Shown here piece after piece: positions 62,734-64,000 of a stretch of 64,000 nucleotides of DNA; the first letter of the stretch is position 1; every line of letters begins with the position of its first letter. Under the pieces are notes generated by a model. That model was not told the DNA's origin. It saw nothing but the letters and a program-made list of their open reading frames with translations, and did not search any database. Position numbers and translations under genes: made by a program. Origin of the DNA: Eledone cirrhosa (Eukaryota); NCBI GenBank assembly GCA_964016885.1, contig OZ024745.1, positions 63,302,001-63,366,000 of the forward strand. Direction: 5' to 3'.

Positions 62734-64000
62734 TTAAGTTATTTTATAGTGAGAGAATTTAGCTTTTAGTTTGTGGTTGCAGTATAATGATCGTTCAATT
62801 CTATCGTTAAGTAGTTTGTTTTTGGATTTTAATATGTAAAAGAGTTCAAGGTTACATAACCTGCAGTATTTCAATCCACTCCGATATGCACTTGCGCTGG
62901 AAAGTATATCCCATTTTAAGGTGAACTGTTGGTTGCGTTCACGGAGTTGCCAGGTTTTGTTGGCGAGCGTGGTCACAAAACGGTGATTAGGATGTTTGAT
63001 TGAGAATCGATGACGGTACCAGCGAGATTTAAACGAGGTGGTGGTAGATCCGATATAATACCATTTCTGGTCGTTCGATTCAACCGTGCATTGGTAAACA
63101 ATGTTGGACTTTAGGCATTCATTTTTCAATGGACATCTTTCAGGTAGATGGCAGTTACATTCTTTGTTGTGGGTAGCGGGTATACCATGGATAGGTTGTG
63201 ATAGCGGTACAGGTGGATTGTGTAATACCCGTCTCCCATTTAGTGGTTGGGAGGCAGATATTACGTTCTGCCCATCTGTTACTAAAATGTTTTGTTTTGT
63301 AGAGTTGTTTAATTGCCTTAAGTTAAGTTCTTTTATGTATGCTTCAAGGTTTGGTGCCGTGGAGTATGATAGTCTAATAGTTTTAGAGTTCAGAATTTTG
63401 CTGTATTTATGGGAACTAGGGAAATGTTTGTTGATTAACTTAAATAATGAAAGAGATAGTTTTGTACTAATCGAGGCATTAAAAATAGGATTGTACCAGA
63501 TATACTTTCTACAACGTGATTTATTTAGTGGTGATTTTCTATTATTAGTATGTCTGGTAGTACTGTGTGTGTGCGCTTGTATTTTAGTCCCCCGGTTACG
63601 TATTCCTTGATTTCGTGTAGAGCTATGTATGTTATGGAAATTCCTATCAATGTATTCTATTGTATCCCGGCGGTCGGTCTTGCTTAATGCATTATTGTAG
63701 TATTCAGCGTGTTCACTAAAAATATCAGAGTTAGACGATAGGCGAGAGATTCTAAGAGAAATACTCCGGGGAACTGATTTGATCATGGAGAGTGGGTGGT
63801 TTGAGTTAAAGTTAATATACGTAAGGTTCTCATTCATCTTGTGGAAGGGTCGTATCTGTCCGGTATTTAAATTAAGAGTTACGTCCAGAAAGTTTACTAC
63901 TTTAAGATTGTATTCGTATGTTATTTTTAGACCCAGTTCACTAAATGATTTTCTAATATTTTTCCGTAGCCTTTCAAGATTTTGGTTATTCAAGTTATTA
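62734..64000 (-). CDS. PLE RT (C-terminal part) + GIY-YIG endonuclease, 5'-partial
   Basis: VNFLDVTLNL, YINFNSNHP, YIWYNPIF, CNC-x5-C-x5-C linker, IVYQC...YIGST..FKSRW..H, CRLC..E, C-terminal CNH; frame is open to the window edge. Confidence 0.92.
   Translation of the reverse strand, partial: NNLNNQNLERLRKNIRKSFSELGLKITYEYNLKVVNFLDVTLNLNTGQIRPFHKMNENLTYINFNSNHPLSMIKSVPRSISLRISRLSSNSDIFSEHAEYYNNALSKTDRRDTIEYIDRNFHNIHSSTRNQGIRNRGTKIQAHTHSTTRHTNNRKSPLNKSRCRKYIWYNPIFNASISTKLSLSLFKLINKHFPSSHKYSKILNSKTIRLSYSTAPNLEAYIKELNLRQLNNSTKQNILVTDGQNVISASQPLNGRRVLHNPPVPLSQPIHGIPATHNKECNCHLPERCPLKNECLKSNIVYQCTVESNDQKWYYIGSTTTSFKSRWYRHRFSIKHPNHRFVTTLANKTWQLRERNQQFTLKWDILSSASAYRSGLKYCRLCNLELFYILKSKNKLLNDRIERSLYCNHKLKAKFSHYKIT

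Larger units (their letters stand above)
62073..64000 (-). mobile_element. Penelope-like element (Naiad-type), 3' portion; continues beyond the window
   Basis: RT C-terminus + GIY-YIG ORF, ~660-nt 3' region with HHR and AATAAA, ending in (TA)n. Confidence 0.9.

Noticed and set aside
62734-64000. Selenoprotein-type Naiad
   Set aside because: No in-frame TGA in the visible ORF; conserved positions are ordinary Cys and I saw no clear SECIS

Overview
AT-rich, microsatellite-dense eukaryotic DNA with no convincing host gene. It is probably an octopod cephalopod, inferred from recognising the dispersed tRNA-derived SINE. Nearly all structure is mobile DNA, sorted by microsatellite type. (1) A ~25.7 kb pile-up at 16333-42083 sits inside a (TTA)n tract. 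It holds two R4/Dong-clade RLE retrotransposon families (A and B, all on the minus strand) and two full-length Tx1-clade APE retrotransposons (C, plus strand), each separated by short (TTA)n tracts. An unexplained leader segment (D) lies upstream of both full-length Dong copies. (2) (TA)n tracts host many short fold-back elements carrying hammerhead ribozyme (HHR) motifs, consistent with Penelope-like pseudo-LTR derivatives, plus the 3' half of a Naiad-type Penelope-like element with its own HHR at the right edge. Also present are a decayed RTE LINE, mariner remnants, Helitron-like ends, SINE copies and a ~120-bp tandem repeat. All alignments and folds were done by eye, so element ends are approximate.
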